Of a stretch of DNA of 64,000 nt, positions 1 through 10,910 are shown piece after piece. A model generated the notes under the pieces. It was not told the DNA's origin. It saw only the letters and a program-made list of their open reading frames with translations, and ran no database searches. Each line of letters starts with the position of its first letter. The stretch's first letter is position 1. The stretch is from an uncultured Solirubrobacteraceae bacterium (GTDB taxonomy: Bacteria > Actinomycetota > Thermoleophilia > Solirubrobacterales > Solirubrobacteraceae). The stretch is from positions 64,282 to 128,281 of the forward strand of contig CAWFQR010000003.1 in assembly GCA_963818035.1 (NCBI GenBank), written 5' to 3'. Made by a program: the position numbers and the translations under genes.

Positions 1-2023
1 CGGGGTAGGAGATCGCGCCCGGGTTGCGCTTGCCCTTCGCGTACACGGGGATCTGGTCCATCGCGCCGGGGCGGTAGAGCGCGTTGAGCGCGACGAGGTC
101 GTTGAATTCGTCCGGCTTGACGAGCTTCAGCGCCTCGCGCATCCCGTCCGACTCGAACTGGAACACGCCGGTCGAGTCGCCTTCGGCGAGCATCTCGTAC
201 GTCTTCGCGTCGTCGAGCGGCAACGTCGTCATGTCCGGGCGCTCCCCCGACGAGCGCTCGATGATGTCGAGCGCGTCCTCGATCACGTCCAGGTTTCGCA
301 GCCCGAGGAAGTCCATCTTCAGCAGCCCGATCTCCTCGATCGGCTTCATCGAGAACTGCGTGACCGTGCGGTAGGCGCGCTCCCCGCTCTCGTCGGTCCC
401 GGCGTCGGCGAGCTGGAGCGGGACGATGTCCGTCAGCGGGCGGTCGGCGATCACGACCGCGGCGGCGTGGATCGAGGAGTTGCGAACGATCCCCTCGAGG
501 CCCTTGGCGACGTCGACGATCCGCCGAGCGTCAGGCTCCGCGTCGTAGGCCTTGCGCAGCGGCTGCCCGGACTTCAGGCAGTCGTCGAAGGAAGGCGCAC
601 GACCCATGATCGGGTCGGGGATCAGCTTCGCGAGCCGGTCGCCGGCGCCGTAGTCGTAGCCGAGCACCCGCGCCGCGTCGCGCGTCGCCGCGCGCGGGAA
701 CATCTTGCCGAAGGTCACGATCTGGGCGACCGACTCGCGGCCGTACTTTTCGGTCACGTAGCGCATCACGCGCTCGCGCCCGCGCACCGAGAAGTCGATG
801 TCGATGTCCGGCATCGAGACCCGCTCCGGGTTCAGGAACCGCTCGAACAGCAAGTCGTACTCGAGCGGGTCGACGTCGGTGATCGCGAGGCAGTACGCGA
901 CGATCGAGCCGGCGGCCGAGCCGCGGCCCGGGCCGACGGCGATGCCGTTCTCCTTCGCGTAGCGCACGAAGTCCCAGACGATCAGGAAGTAGGCGTTGAA
1001 GCCCATCTTGTCGATCACCGCGAGCTCCATATCCGCCCGCTCGCGCGCCTGCGCCGGCACCGGGTCGCCGTAGCGCAGCCGCAAGCCGAGCTCGACCTGC
1101 TCGTGCAGGTAGGCCTTCTCGTCCTCCCCGCCGGGAGTCGGGTAGCTGGGGATCAGCTGCTTGCCGAGCTCGATCTCGACGTTGCAGCGCTCGGCGATCT
1201 CGAGCGTCGACGCGACCGCCTCCGGCCACTCGGCGAACGCGGTCGTCATCTCCTCGCTGTCGCGGAGATAGAACTCGTTCGTTTCGAACGTCATCTTCGG
1301 CGCGGACAGGGTGCTCTTCGTCTGCACGCAAAGCAGCGCCGTGTGGTGGTCGTAGTCCTCGCGGCGGAGGTAGTGGACGTCGCCGGTCCCGACCAGCGGG
1401 CGCCCGAGCTCGCGGGCGATCCTGACGATCCCCTCGTTGCACTTGTCCTGCGGTGTCAGCCCGTTCTTCTGCACCTCGAAGTAGACGTTGTCGGGGCCGA
1501 AGACCCGCAGCAGGTCGTCCGCATGCGCACGGGCGTCCTGCTCACGATCCTCGAGCAGCCGCTGGCAGAACCGCGAGGCCAGGCACCCCGTGAGCGCGAT
1601 CACGCCGCTGGAATGACGCTCGATCTGGGCCAGGTCGACCGTCGGCTTGCCTCGCTGCAGCCCTTCGAGGAACCCCGCCGAGGACAGCTTGACGAGGTTG
1701 CGATAGCCCTCGTCGTCGGCTGCGAGCAGGGTCAGGTGGTTGCGCTCGGTCTTGCGTCCGCCGGCGCCGCTCGACACCGTGGCGTGGTCGTCGACGAAGT
1801 AGATCTCACATCCGACGATCGGCTTCACCCCATGCTTGCGGCACGCCTTGTAGAGCTCGACCGCACCGTTCATGACGCCGTGATCGGTGAGGCCGAGCGC
1901 GGGCTGCTCGAAGGCTGCGGCGCGCTCCGCGAGCGCGTCGATCTTGCACGCACCGTCGAGCAGCGAGTACTCGGAGTGGACGTGGAGGTGGGCGCAGGAG
2001 GGGCTGCTCACGGGTACCGCCAT
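1..2023 (-). CDS. dnaE: DNA polymerase III alpha subunit (5' part; runs off window start)
   Basis: Manual translation from ATG at 2023 gives MAVPVSSPSCAHLHVHSEYSLLDG (PHP motif), later GPGRGSAAGS, PDIDIDF, KMDFLGL and ALNALYRPG. No stop in window, so it is absent from the ORF track. Confidence 0.97.
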   Translation of the reverse strand, partial: MAVPVSSPSCAHLHVHSEYSLLDGACKIDALAERAAAFEQPALGLTDHGVMNGAVELYKACRKHGVKPIVGCEIYFVDDHATVSSGAGGRKTERNHLTLLAADDEGYRNLVKLSSAGFLEGLQRGKPTVDLAQIERHSSGVIALTGCLASRFCQRLLEDREQDARAHADDLLRVFGPDNVYFEVQKNGLTPQDKCNEGIVRIARELGRPLVGTGDVHYLRREDYDHHTALLCVQTKSTLSAPKMTFETNEFYLRDSEEMTTAFAEWPEAVASTLEIAERCNVEIELGKQLIPSYPTPGGEDEKAYLHEQVELGLRLRYGDPVPAQARERADMELAVIDKMGFNAYFLIVWDFVRYAKENGIAVGPGRGSAAGSIVAYCLAITDVDPLEYDLLFERFLNPERVSMPDIDIDFSVRGRERVMRYVTEKYGRESVAQIVTFGKMFPRAATRDAARVLGYDYGAGDRLAKLIPDPIMGRAPSFDDCLKSGQPLRKAYDAEPDARRIVDVAKGLEGIVRNSSIHAAAVVIADRPLTDIVPLQLADAGTDESGERAYRTVTQFSMKPIEEIGLLKMDFLGLRNLDVIEDALDIIERSSGERPDMTTLPLDDAKTYEMLAEGDSTGVFQFESDGMREALKLVKPDEFNDLVALNALYRPGAMDQIPVYAKGKRNPGAISYP

Positions 2024-2047
2024 GCTAGGAGTCGCGGCGGCGGAGCC

Positions 2048-3267
2048 TCAGCGCTCGCGCCGCTGTTTGCGGCGTTTGCGCAGGCGCCCGATCAACGACA
2101 GGCTGTGCTTGTGGGGCGATCGTTCCGCGGGCGCGTCGGACGTCGCCGGAGCAGGCTCGGCGGCGTCCGGAGAGGCCATCGGCCGGGCGGTCTCGAGCGA
2201 CGGCTGCGGCGCGTCCGCGGGCGCCGGCGGCCGTCCTGTCGGCGCTGCCCCGGGGGGCTGCGGCGCCCTGCCGGTGCCGGGTGCGTGCAACGGTGCCGAG
2301 CCCGCGTCTCCCGCGCTCAGCGGCGGCGGACCGGCCGCTGCGCGGGGTCCGCTCGGCCTCGCCGGCCGGTTCGGCGGACCCGGATGCGGGGACCTCTGAC
2401 GGCGCCTCGCCGCCCTCGGCCCCGGCCGGATCAGGTCCCGAGGGCGCGCCTGCGCCATGGGCCTCGCCGGCGGCCTGCTCGACCTCGTCTCCTGCTTCCG
2501 GCACCGCCAGCGCACGCGCTCGGAGCCTTTCGACGGCTGCCGCCAGCGCGTCGGCCATCTCCAGGCCCCGCTGGTCGCCGGCGGGCGGCAGCGGGCGGGG
2601 CGACGGGCGGGGGCGCCGGCGGCGGCTCGGGCACGCGCCCCAGCCTGCCGAGCACAGCGCCGAGGCGCGCGACGAGCGCGCGGATCTCGCCGAGCAGCCC
2701 CTCCATCCGGCGGTGGCCTTCGCGGATGCCGGCGAGCTCGCGTTCGGCGCGCTCGCGTGCGCTCCGCTCGGCGACGAGCCCGCGCTGGATCTCCTCGGCG
2801 CGCCGCTCGAGCCCGGCCACGCGGCCCTCGAGCTCGGTCTCCGCGCGGCGGAGCGTCGCCCGCTCCGCCGCGGCCGCCTGCTCGGCCTCCGCGAGCTGGC
2901 GCTGCAGCTCGTCGATCCGGCGTGCGAGCTCGGCCGTCTCCCGGCCCGGCGACCCCGCCGGGCGCTCGAGTCCGGAGAGGCGGTCCTCCGCCTCGACCCG
3001 GAGTTGCTGCTCGGCGTACTCACGCTGCTTGACCCGTCTCAGCTCGCTCTCGCGCTCGGCCCCCTGGGTGCGCTCGGCGTCGAACAGCGCCGCGATCCGA
3101 CGGCGCTCCTCCTCGGCCTCCTGGAGGCGCGCCTGCAGGCTCGAGACGTGGCTCTCGAGCGTCCTGACGGTCGCTTCGGCCGCCTCGGCGCGGCGCCGCA
3201 GCGCAGCCTCTCCGGTCTCGGTCGCGCGCCGCGCGCGACGCTCGGCGAGGAAGTCCGACTCCCCCAT
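2048..3267 (-). CDS. Hypothetical coiled-coil protein with Pro/Ala-rich C-terminal half (about two apparent frameshifts near 2580 and 2340)
   Basis: E/R/A-rich heptad N-terminus (ORF 2431..3306) continues in the frames of ORF 2025..3023 (EMADALAAAVERLRARA) and ORF 2048..2515 (ends HKHSLSLIGRLRKRRKQRRER). Confidence 0.6.
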
Positions 3268-3383
3268 GCCGCTGCCCTGACCCGGTGTCTCGCTCTCCTC
3301 GACCATCGAGCTGCAAAGTAGTGCGCAGGCCGGACGCGAAGCTGCGCTCGCGCGAGCGCCCGCGCTTGACTATCTTGGGGGTC

Positions 3384-3996
3384 ATGGGGGGCAGTGCCGC
3401 CGAGGATGAGGATCGCGACTGGCGCCTGGCCGGAACGCTGCCGGACACCGACGACCACCGGGCGCTCCATGCCGTGGTCGAGCGGGTGCGCGACGAGCAG
3501 CTGCTTCGCGACGCGAGGGCCTCGGTCGGTGACGAGGTCGTCGTGACCCACGACGGCAGCCGCGTGTTCGCCTACGCGGCGACGCGGTCCGCGATCGAGC
3601 AGGCGCGGACCGCAATCGAGGCGGCGCTGGAGCAGCACGGCCTGCATGCGACGTTCTCGCTGACCCACTACTCCGACGTCCTGGACGAGTGGGTGGACCC
3701 CGACACGCCGCCGCCGGAGGCGGTCGTCCGGGCCGCGACCTCGACGGAGACGCGGACGATCGTCGCGACCGTCGGGCGGATGGTGCGCGGAGAATTCGAG
3801 GAGTCGATGCGCAACTGGGCGGACCAGCTCGGCCTGCGCTGCGAGATCGTCGAACACCCGCACCTGCTCAACTCCCAGGTCGCCTTCACCGTGACGGGGC
3901 CGTCGCGCAAGGTGGACGAGTTCGCCTCGGGGCTCGCCGCCGAGCAGCGGCAGACGATCCGCACCGAGCGTCAGGTGATGCTGAGCCCGCTTGTAG
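3384..3996 (+). CDS. Hypothetical protein (~203 aa)
   Basis: Globular part of ORF 3285..4814, from MGGSAAEDEDRDW to VMLSPL. A TAG at 3994-3996 is one base out of frame, and the read-through after it is not protein-like. Confidence 0.65.
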
Positions 3997-4003
3997 GGGG
4001 CGC

Positions 4004-4514
4004 CGGCGAGTCGATCCTTGCTTCGCTGCGGATCGACGTCGCCGTCACCCGCCCCATGAGAGGCGACCCTCCGCGCGACGCGCAGTTGGCGAACCCAGCT
4101 CGGGGCGGACTCGTCGGCCGCCGGAGCGGACGCAGATCGGCGTCCGGGCCGCGGTCGCGAACCCTTCGTCGTCCTACGGGGCCTCGTGCGCTGGACGACT
4201 TCCCCCGGAACCGACGGGAACCGCACCGATCGATCCTCGGCGCCACGATGGGAGGCGGGTCGTGCGCGTGCTGCGTTGGCGGCGAAGTCGAGCGCCGGCC
4301 CCGCTCGTCGGCCGACTCGCTGGGACCACCGGGCGCTCCCGCGGCCGGGCCGGCGATCGCGCCCGCCCGCCACTCCCGCGCTACGAGCTCAGACACCGCC
4401 TCCGATACGGACGCGCGGCGATGCCGAAGGGCTGGCGGCGACGTCGACCGCAGCGAAGCGAGGATCGACTCGCCGTCAGCCCCCGAAGCGAAGCGAGGAT
4501 CGACTCGCCGTCAG
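4004..4514. repeat. ~40-bp inverted repeat pair (4004-4044 / 4436-4475) plus a tandem partial copy (4488-4514); REP/MITE-like
   Basis: CGGCGAGTCGATCCTTGCTTCGCTGCGGATCGACGTCGCCG matches the reverse complement of CGGCGACGTCGACCGCAGCGAAGCGAGGATCGACTCGCCG with 2 differences. GCGAAGCGAGGATCGACTCGCCGTCAG occurs twice in tandem. Confidence 0.8.
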
Positions 4515-4517
4515 ACC

Positions 4518-4679
4518 TCAGCCGCCGACCCGTTTCGCGACCGCCGCCGCCCCGGCCACCCCCAGCGCGGCCAGCGCGCCCACGCTCGCGAGGCGCCGCA
4601 CCTGCAGGCGCCGGCGCACGTACCACTTGCCGCCGTGCCACACGGCGAACCCGAGCAGCTTGTATCCGGTCCCGTTCAT
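4518..4679 (-). CDS. Small membrane protein (53 aa), translationally coupled to argG
   Basis: MNGTGYKLLGFAVWHGGKWYVRRRLQVRRLASVGALAALGVAGAAAVAKRVGG; ATGA overlap with the argG stop and a GGAG just upstream. Confidence 0.7.
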   Translation of the reverse strand: MNGTGYKLLGFAVWHGGKWYVRRRLQVRRLASVGALAALGVAGAAAVAKRVGG

Positions 4680-5953
4680 CTCGACTCCTCTGGCTCGTTG
4701 TGCAGCCGCCACGCCATCCTCGACTGCAGCGAGAACAGCTCGATGAAGCCGGGTGAGGCGGTCTGCGAGAACAGCCCGCCCGACTCCGAGAACGACGCGA
4801 GCTGCGCGTCGTAGACGGCGTTCGGCGAGCTCCGCGTGACGACCCGGACGTGCCCCTTGTAGAGCTTCAGCGCGATCGTCCCCGTGACGAGCTCGTTGAC
4901 GTGGTCCATGTACGCGTCGAGGTCCTCGCGCAGCGGCTCCCACCAGAGCCCGGCGTAGACCAGGTAGGCCCACTGGCGGTCGAGATCGGCCTTGAACTGG
5001 TTCTGGTGGATCGTGCAGACGAGCCGCTCCAGCTCGCGGTGGGCGGCGAGGATCACGCTCGCGGCGGGCGTCTCGTAGATGTCGCGGACCTTCAGCCCGA
5101 CGATCCGGTCCTCGATGTGGTCGAGGATCCCGACGCCGTGTCGCGCCGCGATCCCGGCGGCCGCTTCGATCAGCGCCACGAGCTCCATGCGCTCGCCGTT
5201 GAGCCCGACCGGCACGCCACGCTCGAACTCGATCGCGAGCGTCTCGGGCTCGTCCGGGGCCTCCTCCGGCCTCGTGACGAGCTGGAACACGTCGTCGTCC
5301 GGCGCGTGGCCGAGGTCCTCGATCCACCGGCCCTCGGACGAGCGCCCCCAGAGGTTGTCGTCGATCGAATACGGCGCGACCTCGGTCCCGCCCTTGACCG
5401 GGATCCCGTGCTCGCGCGCGTACGCGATCTCCTCCTCGCGGCCCATCTGCCAGGAGCGGACCGGGGCGATCACCTTCAGCTCCGGCGCGAGCGTGGCGAC
5501 GGTCGCCTCGATCCTGACCTGGTCGTTGCCCTTGCCGGTGCAGCCGTGGGCGATCGTGTCGCAGCCGCTGGCACGCGCCTGCTCGACGGCGAGCTTCGCG
5601 ATCAGCGGCCGGCCCAGCGAGGTGAACAGCGGGTAGCCGTCGCCGTAGGTCGCGTTCGCCTTGATCGCGGGGACGAGGTACTCGCGGGCGAACTCCTCGC
5701 GGGCGTCGATCACGTGCGTCTCGACTGCTCCGATCGCCCGGGCCTTGCCCTCGATCACCTCGTAGTCCTCGCCCGGCTGCCCGAGGTTGACGGTCAGGCA
5801 GACGACCTCGGCGCCGTAGCTGTCCTGGATCCACTTCAGCATCACGCTCGTGTCGAGCCCGCCGGAGTAGAGCAGCAGCACCCGGTGGACCTGATCGGGG
5901 TCGGCCTCGTAGGAGGCGCTGCGCGGGAGGCGGGTCGGGTCCTGGTCGGTCAC
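4676..5953 (-). CDS. argG: Argininosuccinate synthase
   Basis: LLYSGGLDTS, AHGCTGKGNDQVR and SIDDNLWGRS motifs. Confidence 0.97.
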   Translation of the reverse strand: MTDQDPTRLPRSASYEADPDQVHRVLLLYSGGLDTSVMLKWIQDSYGAEVVCLTVNLGQPGEDYEVIEGKARAIGAVETHVIDAREEFAREYLVPAIKANATYGDGYPLFTSLGRPLIAKLAVEQARASGCDTIAHGCTGKGNDQVRIEATVATLAPELKVIAPVRSWQMGREEEIAYAREHGIPVKGGTEVAPYSIDDNLWGRSSEGRWIEDLGHAPDDDVFQLVTRPEEAPDEPETLAIEFERGVPVGLNGERMELVALIEAAAGIAARHGVGILDHIEDRIVGLKVRDIYETPAASVILAAHRELERLVCTIHQNQFKADLDRQWAYLVYAGLWWEPLREDLDAYMDHVNELVTGTIALKLYKGHVRVVTRSSPNAVYDAQLASFSESGGLFSQTASPGFIELFSLQSRMAWRLHNEPEESR

Positions 5954-5963
5954 GGCGCGCAAT

Positions 5964-6416
5964 CTACCCGTCGGCCGCGTGGGGCGCGGCGGCGGGCCGG
6001 GCCCGTTCCATCAGCGGGTAGCGGGCCGGGCCGCTGCGGAACCCGAGCCGCTCGTAGAGCCCCTGCGCGTCGGCGGTGTGCAGCAGCCAGTGCACGTCGG
6101 GCGCACCCTCGCCCTCGACGATCTCGCGCACGAGCGCCAGCCCCAGCCCGAGCCCGCGGTGAGCCTCGAGCACGTAGACGTCGGCGAGATAGGCGACGGT
6201 GACGCCGTCGGACACGGCGCGGGCGAACCCGACCTGCTCCGAGCCGCGGTACAGCCCCATCACGCGCCTCGACCCCGCGATCGTCTCGACGACGCGCTCG
6301 CGGGAGCGGCCGAGGCCCCAGTAGGAGATCTCGCTGATGAAGTGATGGATCGCGTCGACGTCGAGCCGCGCAGGGTCGTCGTCGAGCTCGAATCCTCCCG
6401 CCAGCCTCCGGACCAT
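5964..6416 (-). CDS. GNAT family N-acetyltransferase
   Basis: VGFARAVSDGVTVAYLADVYVLEAHRGLGLG (acetyl-CoA motif A) and AQGLYERLGF. Confidence 0.88.
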   Translation of the reverse strand: MVRRLAGGFELDDDPARLDVDAIHHFISEISYWGLGRSRERVVETIAGSRRVMGLYRGSEQVGFARAVSDGVTVAYLADVYVLEAHRGLGLGLALVREIVEGEGAPDVHWLLHTADAQGLYERLGFRSGPARYPLMERARPAAAPHAADG

Positions 6417-7571
6417 CAGGCGGCGAGCGCCTCCCCGAGCCTCCTCGCGCCCTCGCGCGCGAGCTCGGCCTCGATCGTCAGCGGCGGCAGCAGCCGGACG
6501 GTGTCCGGGCCGGTCGCGTTCAGCACCAGGCGCTGCTCGAGCAGCGCGCGGCGGACCAGCTCCGGCGCCCCCACGGACAGGCGACAGGCGAGCATCAGCC
6601 CGCGGCCGCGGACCTCGGTGACGTGGGGCAAGCGCCGCGAGCAGCTCCCGCAGCTCCTCGCCGAGCTCTCGCACCCGTGCCAGCAGCTTCTCATCCGCGG
6701 TCAGCTCGAGCGCCGCGAGCGCCGCGCCGGCGACGACCGGCCCGCCCGCGAAGGTCGAGCCGTGGTCTCCCGGCTCGAGCACGTCGGCGAGCCGGGGCCC
6801 GGTCACGAGTGCGCCGATCGGCATACCGCCGCCGAGCGCCTTCGCGACCGTGATCGCATCCGGCACGACCTCACTCGCCTGGTACGCCCACAGCGTTCCG
6901 GTACGCCCCATCCCGGTCTGGATCTCGTCGAAGATCAGCGCCGCCCCGTGCTCGTCGCACGCCTCCCGCGCGGCCGCCAGCAGCTCCGGCGAGAGCACGT
7001 GGACGCCCGACTCGCCCTGGATCGGCTCGAGCAGCACCGCCGCGGTGTCGCCGTCGACCGCCGCGCGCAGCGCCTCGGGCTCGGGCGGCACCGCGCGGAA
7101 GCCGGGGACGAGCGGCGCGAACGGAGCCTGCTTGGCCTCCTGCGGCGTCGCCGAGAGCGAGCCGTAGGTGCGGCCGTGGAAGCCCCCCTCGACGACCACG
7201 AACCCGCCGCCGCGGCGGGCCTTGCGGGCGAGCTTCAGGGCCGCCTCGTTGGCCTCGGTGCCGGAGTTGCAGAAGAACACCTTGCCGCCGAGGCTGCTCT
7301 GCGAGAGGCGCTCGGCGAGGCGCATCGACGGCTCCGTGTAGAACAGGTTGCTGGTGTGCATCAGCCGCCCGGCCTGCTCGCGCACGGCGGCGACGATGCG
7401 CGGGTGGCAGTGGCCGAGGCTCGTCACCGAGATCCCGCAGAGGAAGTCGAGGTACTCGTTGCCCTCGGCGTCCCACAGCCGCGCGCCCTCGCCGCGCACG
7501 AACTCGACGGGCTGACGCGCGTAGGACCCGATCACGCGATCGGACTCGATCTGCTGCAGCTCAGCGAGCAT
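6416..7571 (-). CDS. argD: Acetylornithine aminotransferase (frameshift ~6630)
   Basis: YLDFLCGISVTSLGH, FFCNSGTEANEAA, FDEIQTGMGRTG and AKALGGG (PLP Lys); C-terminus VRGRGLM...VRLLPPL lies in ORF 6416..6694. Confidence 0.93.
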
Positions 7572-8418
7572 CGTCGCTTTCGAAGATCTTGGTGCCGACC
7601 CCCGCATCGGTGAACAGCTCCAGCAGCAGCGAGTGCGGCGTGCGGCCGTCGAGGATGTGCGCCGCCGAGACGCCCGCGTCGATCGCCTGCAGGCACGCTT
7701 CGAGCTTCGGGCGCATACCACCGTCGAGCGCTCCGAGCCCGGCGCGGACGCGGTCGGCGCCGGCCTGGGAGATCAGGCTGGCGGGGTCGGAGGGGTCTTC
7801 CAGCCACCCGGCGACGTCGGTCAGGAACACGACCTTGTAGGCGCCGAGCGCGCCGGCCACGGCTCCTGCGGCCTCGTCGGCGTTGACGTTGTAGGAGTTG
7901 CCCTCGCGGTCGGCGCCGACCGAGGCGATCACCGGGATGTAGTCGCTCGCGACATGCTCGATGACGCCGACGTTGACGCGGTCGATGCGTCCCACGAAGC
8001 CGATGTCCTCGCCGCCCGGGGCCGAGCGGCGTGAGACGCGGAACAGCGAGCCGTCGTCGCCGCAGAGGCCGACGGCGGGCTGGCCGTGCCGTTGCAGGCG
8101 CAGCACGATCTCCTTGTTGACCTTGCCGACGAGGACCATCTTCGCGACCTCGACGGTCTCCTCGCTCGACACGCGCAGCCCGCCGACGAACTCGACCGGG
8201 AGCCCGAGCCGTTCCATGTAGCCGGTGATCTCGGGCCCGCCTCCGTGCACGACGATCGGGTTCAGGCCGACGTACTTGAGCAGCACGACGTCGCGCGCGA
8301 ACTCCTCGCGCAGCGCGTCGTCCTCCATCGCCGCGCCGCCGTACTTGATCACCACCGTCTTGCCGTGGAACTCGCGGATGTACGGCAGCGCCTCGAGCAG
8401 CGTCCCGACGTCACGCAT
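7561..8418 (-). CDS. argB: Acetylglutamate kinase
   Basis: LLEALPYIREFHGKTVVIKYGG, VVHGGGPEI, NVNADEAA, GGMRPKL. Confidence 0.97.
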   Translation of the reverse strand: MRDVGTLLEALPYIREFHGKTVVIKYGGAAMEDDALREEFARDVVLLKYVGLNPIVVHGGGPEITGYMERLGLPVEFVGGLRVSSEETVEVAKMVLVGKVNKEIVLRLQRHGQPAVGLCGDDGSLFRVSRRSAPGGEDIGFVGRIDRVNVGVIEHVASDYIPVIASVGADREGNSYNVNADEAAGAVAGALGAYKVVFLTDVAGWLEDPSDPASLISQAGADRVRAGLGALDGGMRPKLEACLQAIDAGVSAAHILDGRTPHSLLLELFTDAGVGTKIFESDDAR

Positions 8419-8540
8419 GTCGGGCGCCCGCCCTCGTTCGACGCGACCCCGCGGCGCCCGTTCGGCGCACCCCGCTCGGGCGGCGGGCGACGCCGCGCCC
8501 GGGGGTGGCGAGCCGGAGCCGCGGACGACCCCCGACGACC

Positions 8541-9793
8541 TCATGTCGTGTACTCCGAGTTGAACTCGACGTACTCCTTCGACAGGTCCGAGAAGAACAC
8601 CTCGGTCTCCGCGCCGTCGCCGGGCAGCCCGACCTCGTACTCGACCTCGTCGCGCTGGACCAGCCGGTCGAGCTCCGCCTCGTCGTAGGGGATCGCCGCC
8701 CCGGCCGAGCAGACGTGCATGCCCTCGATCGTGACGTCGACGGGGAGCGGCGCCGTGCCGGGCATCGCGCCGCCGACCGATTGCACGATCCTCCCCCAGT
8801 TCGGATCGCCGCCGTGCAGCGCGGCCTTCACGAGCGGGGAGTTCGCGACCGCGCGCGCCGCCGCCTCGACCGTCTCCGGGTGCCCGCCGCGGACGATCAC
8901 CCGCGCGGCGCGCTTCGCACCCTCGCCGTCGCGCACCATCATCACCGCGAGCTGGCGCAGCAGCGCGTCGAGCGCCTCGCCGAAGCGCAGCTCGTCCTCG
9001 CTCTCGGCGGCGATCTCGACGCCGCTCGCGCCGGAGGCCATCAGCAGGGCGGTGTCGTTGGTCGAGAGCTGGCCGTCGACCGTGGCGCGGTCGAACGAGC
9101 GCTTCACGCACACGCCGAGCAGCAGGTCGGCGGTCTCGGCAGAGAGCGCCGCGTCGGTCTCGACGAAGCAGAGCATCGTCGCGAAGTTCGGCGAGATCAT
9201 GCCCGCCCCCTTGCACTGGGCGCAGAGCCGCACCGTTCCCGACGGCAGCTCGACCGACAGGTTCGCGCGCTTCTCGAGCGCATCCGTCGTCTGGATCGCG
9301 TTCTGGAAGCTCGCGTCACCCGCGCGCGCAAGGTCCTCGCGCGCCGAGAGGATCCCCTTCAGCACGAGATCGACCGGCAGGAACTGGCTGATCCCACCGG
9401 TCGAGGCGAGCGCCACGACCGCCGGATCGCAGCCGACGGCGCGCCGCCGCCGCCCCCTGCGTCTTCGCCGCGTCGTCGAGCCCGCGCCGGCCGGTCGCCG
9501 CGTTCGCGCAGCCCGAGTTCACGAGCACGGCCCGCAGCGCAGTCGAGCCGGCAGCGCTCGCGGGTGACCAGCACCGGCGCCGCGGCAGCGCCCGACGCCG
9601 TGAAGCGCGCCGCGCTGACCGGCGTGGGCGCGTCGTTGACGATCAGCCCGACGTCCGGCCTGCCGCTCGGCTTCAGCCCCGCCGTGACACCCGCCGCCCG
9701 GAACCCTTCCGGCAGCCCCGCGCCGGGGCCGAGCTCGCTCACGTGGGCGGGCCGCGGCACCCAGCGCGAGCTGAAGAACTGGTCGCTGGTCAC
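8541..9793 (-). CDS. argJ: Bifunctional ornithine acetyltransferase (frameshifts ~9440 and ~9540)
   Basis: GFRAAGVTAGLK, VNSGCANAATG, KGAGMISPNFATML (autocleavage Thr), STNDT, DPNWGRI, C-terminal NSEYTT. Confidence 0.93.
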
Positions 9794-9885
9794 GCGATCA
9801 CCGCCACCTCACCGGGTCGACGGGCAGCCGCCGGCCGCGCGACCGGCGCCGCCGCGCCCGCGCGGTCACCGCGATGCCCGCGCGG

Positions 9886-10910
9886 TCACGAAACGCCCAG
9901 CGCCTCGTCGTACCCGAACATCACGTTCAGGTTCTGCACCGCCTGCGAGCTGGTGCCCTTCCAGAGGTTGTCGATCGCCGAGAACACGAGCACCTTGCCG
10001 GTGTGGCCGTCGGCGGCCGCGAACAGCCGGCAGTAGTTCGTCGCGACCGTCTCGCGGGTCCCGGGCACCGTCTCGGCGACCTCGACGAACTGCTCCTCGG
10101 CCGTACGCGTCGGCGAACAGCTCGCGCGAGCTCCTCGGCGCCCACCTCGCGGGTCGGCGTGACGTAGCAGCTCGCCATCTCGCCCTGGTCGAGCGGGACC
10201 AGCGACGCCTGGAACTGCACCCGCACGTCGCAGCCGAGGATGCTCAGCTGCTCCTCGATCTCCGGCGTGTGACGGTGCGCGGCGACCTTGTAGGGAAGGA
10301 TGTTCTCGCCCGCCATCGAGAGGTGCGTCTGCTCGTCGAAGGCGCGCCCGGCGCCGGAGATGCCCTGCTTGGCGTCGACGACGACGTCGGCGATCAGCCC
10401 GGCGCGGGCGAGCGGGGCGAGCGCGAGCACCGTCGCCGTCGGGTAGCAGCCGGGGTTGGCGACGATCGCCGCGGTCCGGATCGCGCTCGCGGTGCAGCTC
10501 GGTCAGGCCGTAGGCGGCGTCCTCGATCAGCGCCGGCGCCGGGTGCGGCCCGTACCAGCGCTCGTACGTCTCGACCGAGCGCAGCCGGAAGTCGGCGCTG
10601 AGGTCGACGACGCGCGCGCCCTGCTCGAGCAGCGCCGCGACGGTCGGCGCGGCGGCGGCGTGGGGGTAGGCGACGACCGCCGCCTCGACGTCTGCGAGCG
10701 CGCTCCGGGTCGAGCTCCTCGATCGTCGAGCGGCACGCGATAGCGCGGGTACAGCTCGTGCAGCGGCCGGCCGAGCTCCGAGCGCCCGGTGATCGCGACC
10801 AGCTCGAACCGCGGGTGGCGCCACAGCAGCCATGCCGCGAGCGCGCCGGCGAAGCCGGTCGCTCCCGCGACGATCACGCGCGTCCCTCCCGCGCCGGGCT
10901 GCTCAGCCAC
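9886..10910 (-). CDS. argC: N-acetyl-gamma-glutamyl-phosphate reductase (several frameshifts)
   Basis: GATGFAG, VVDLSADFRL, ANPGCYPT, ISGAGR, HRHTPEI and AIDNLWKGTSSQAVQNLN distributed over several frames. Confidence 0.92.

Noticed and set aside
467-3280. 937-aa plus-strand ORF and many other long overlapping ORFs in the track
   Set aside because: Antisense or off-frame shadows of real high-GC genes (here dnaE); Arg/Pro/Gly-rich with no motifs.
3997-4814. C-terminal extension of ORF 3285..4814
   Set aside because: Reads through repeat DNA and antisense to argG; better explained by an indel before the TAG at 3994.
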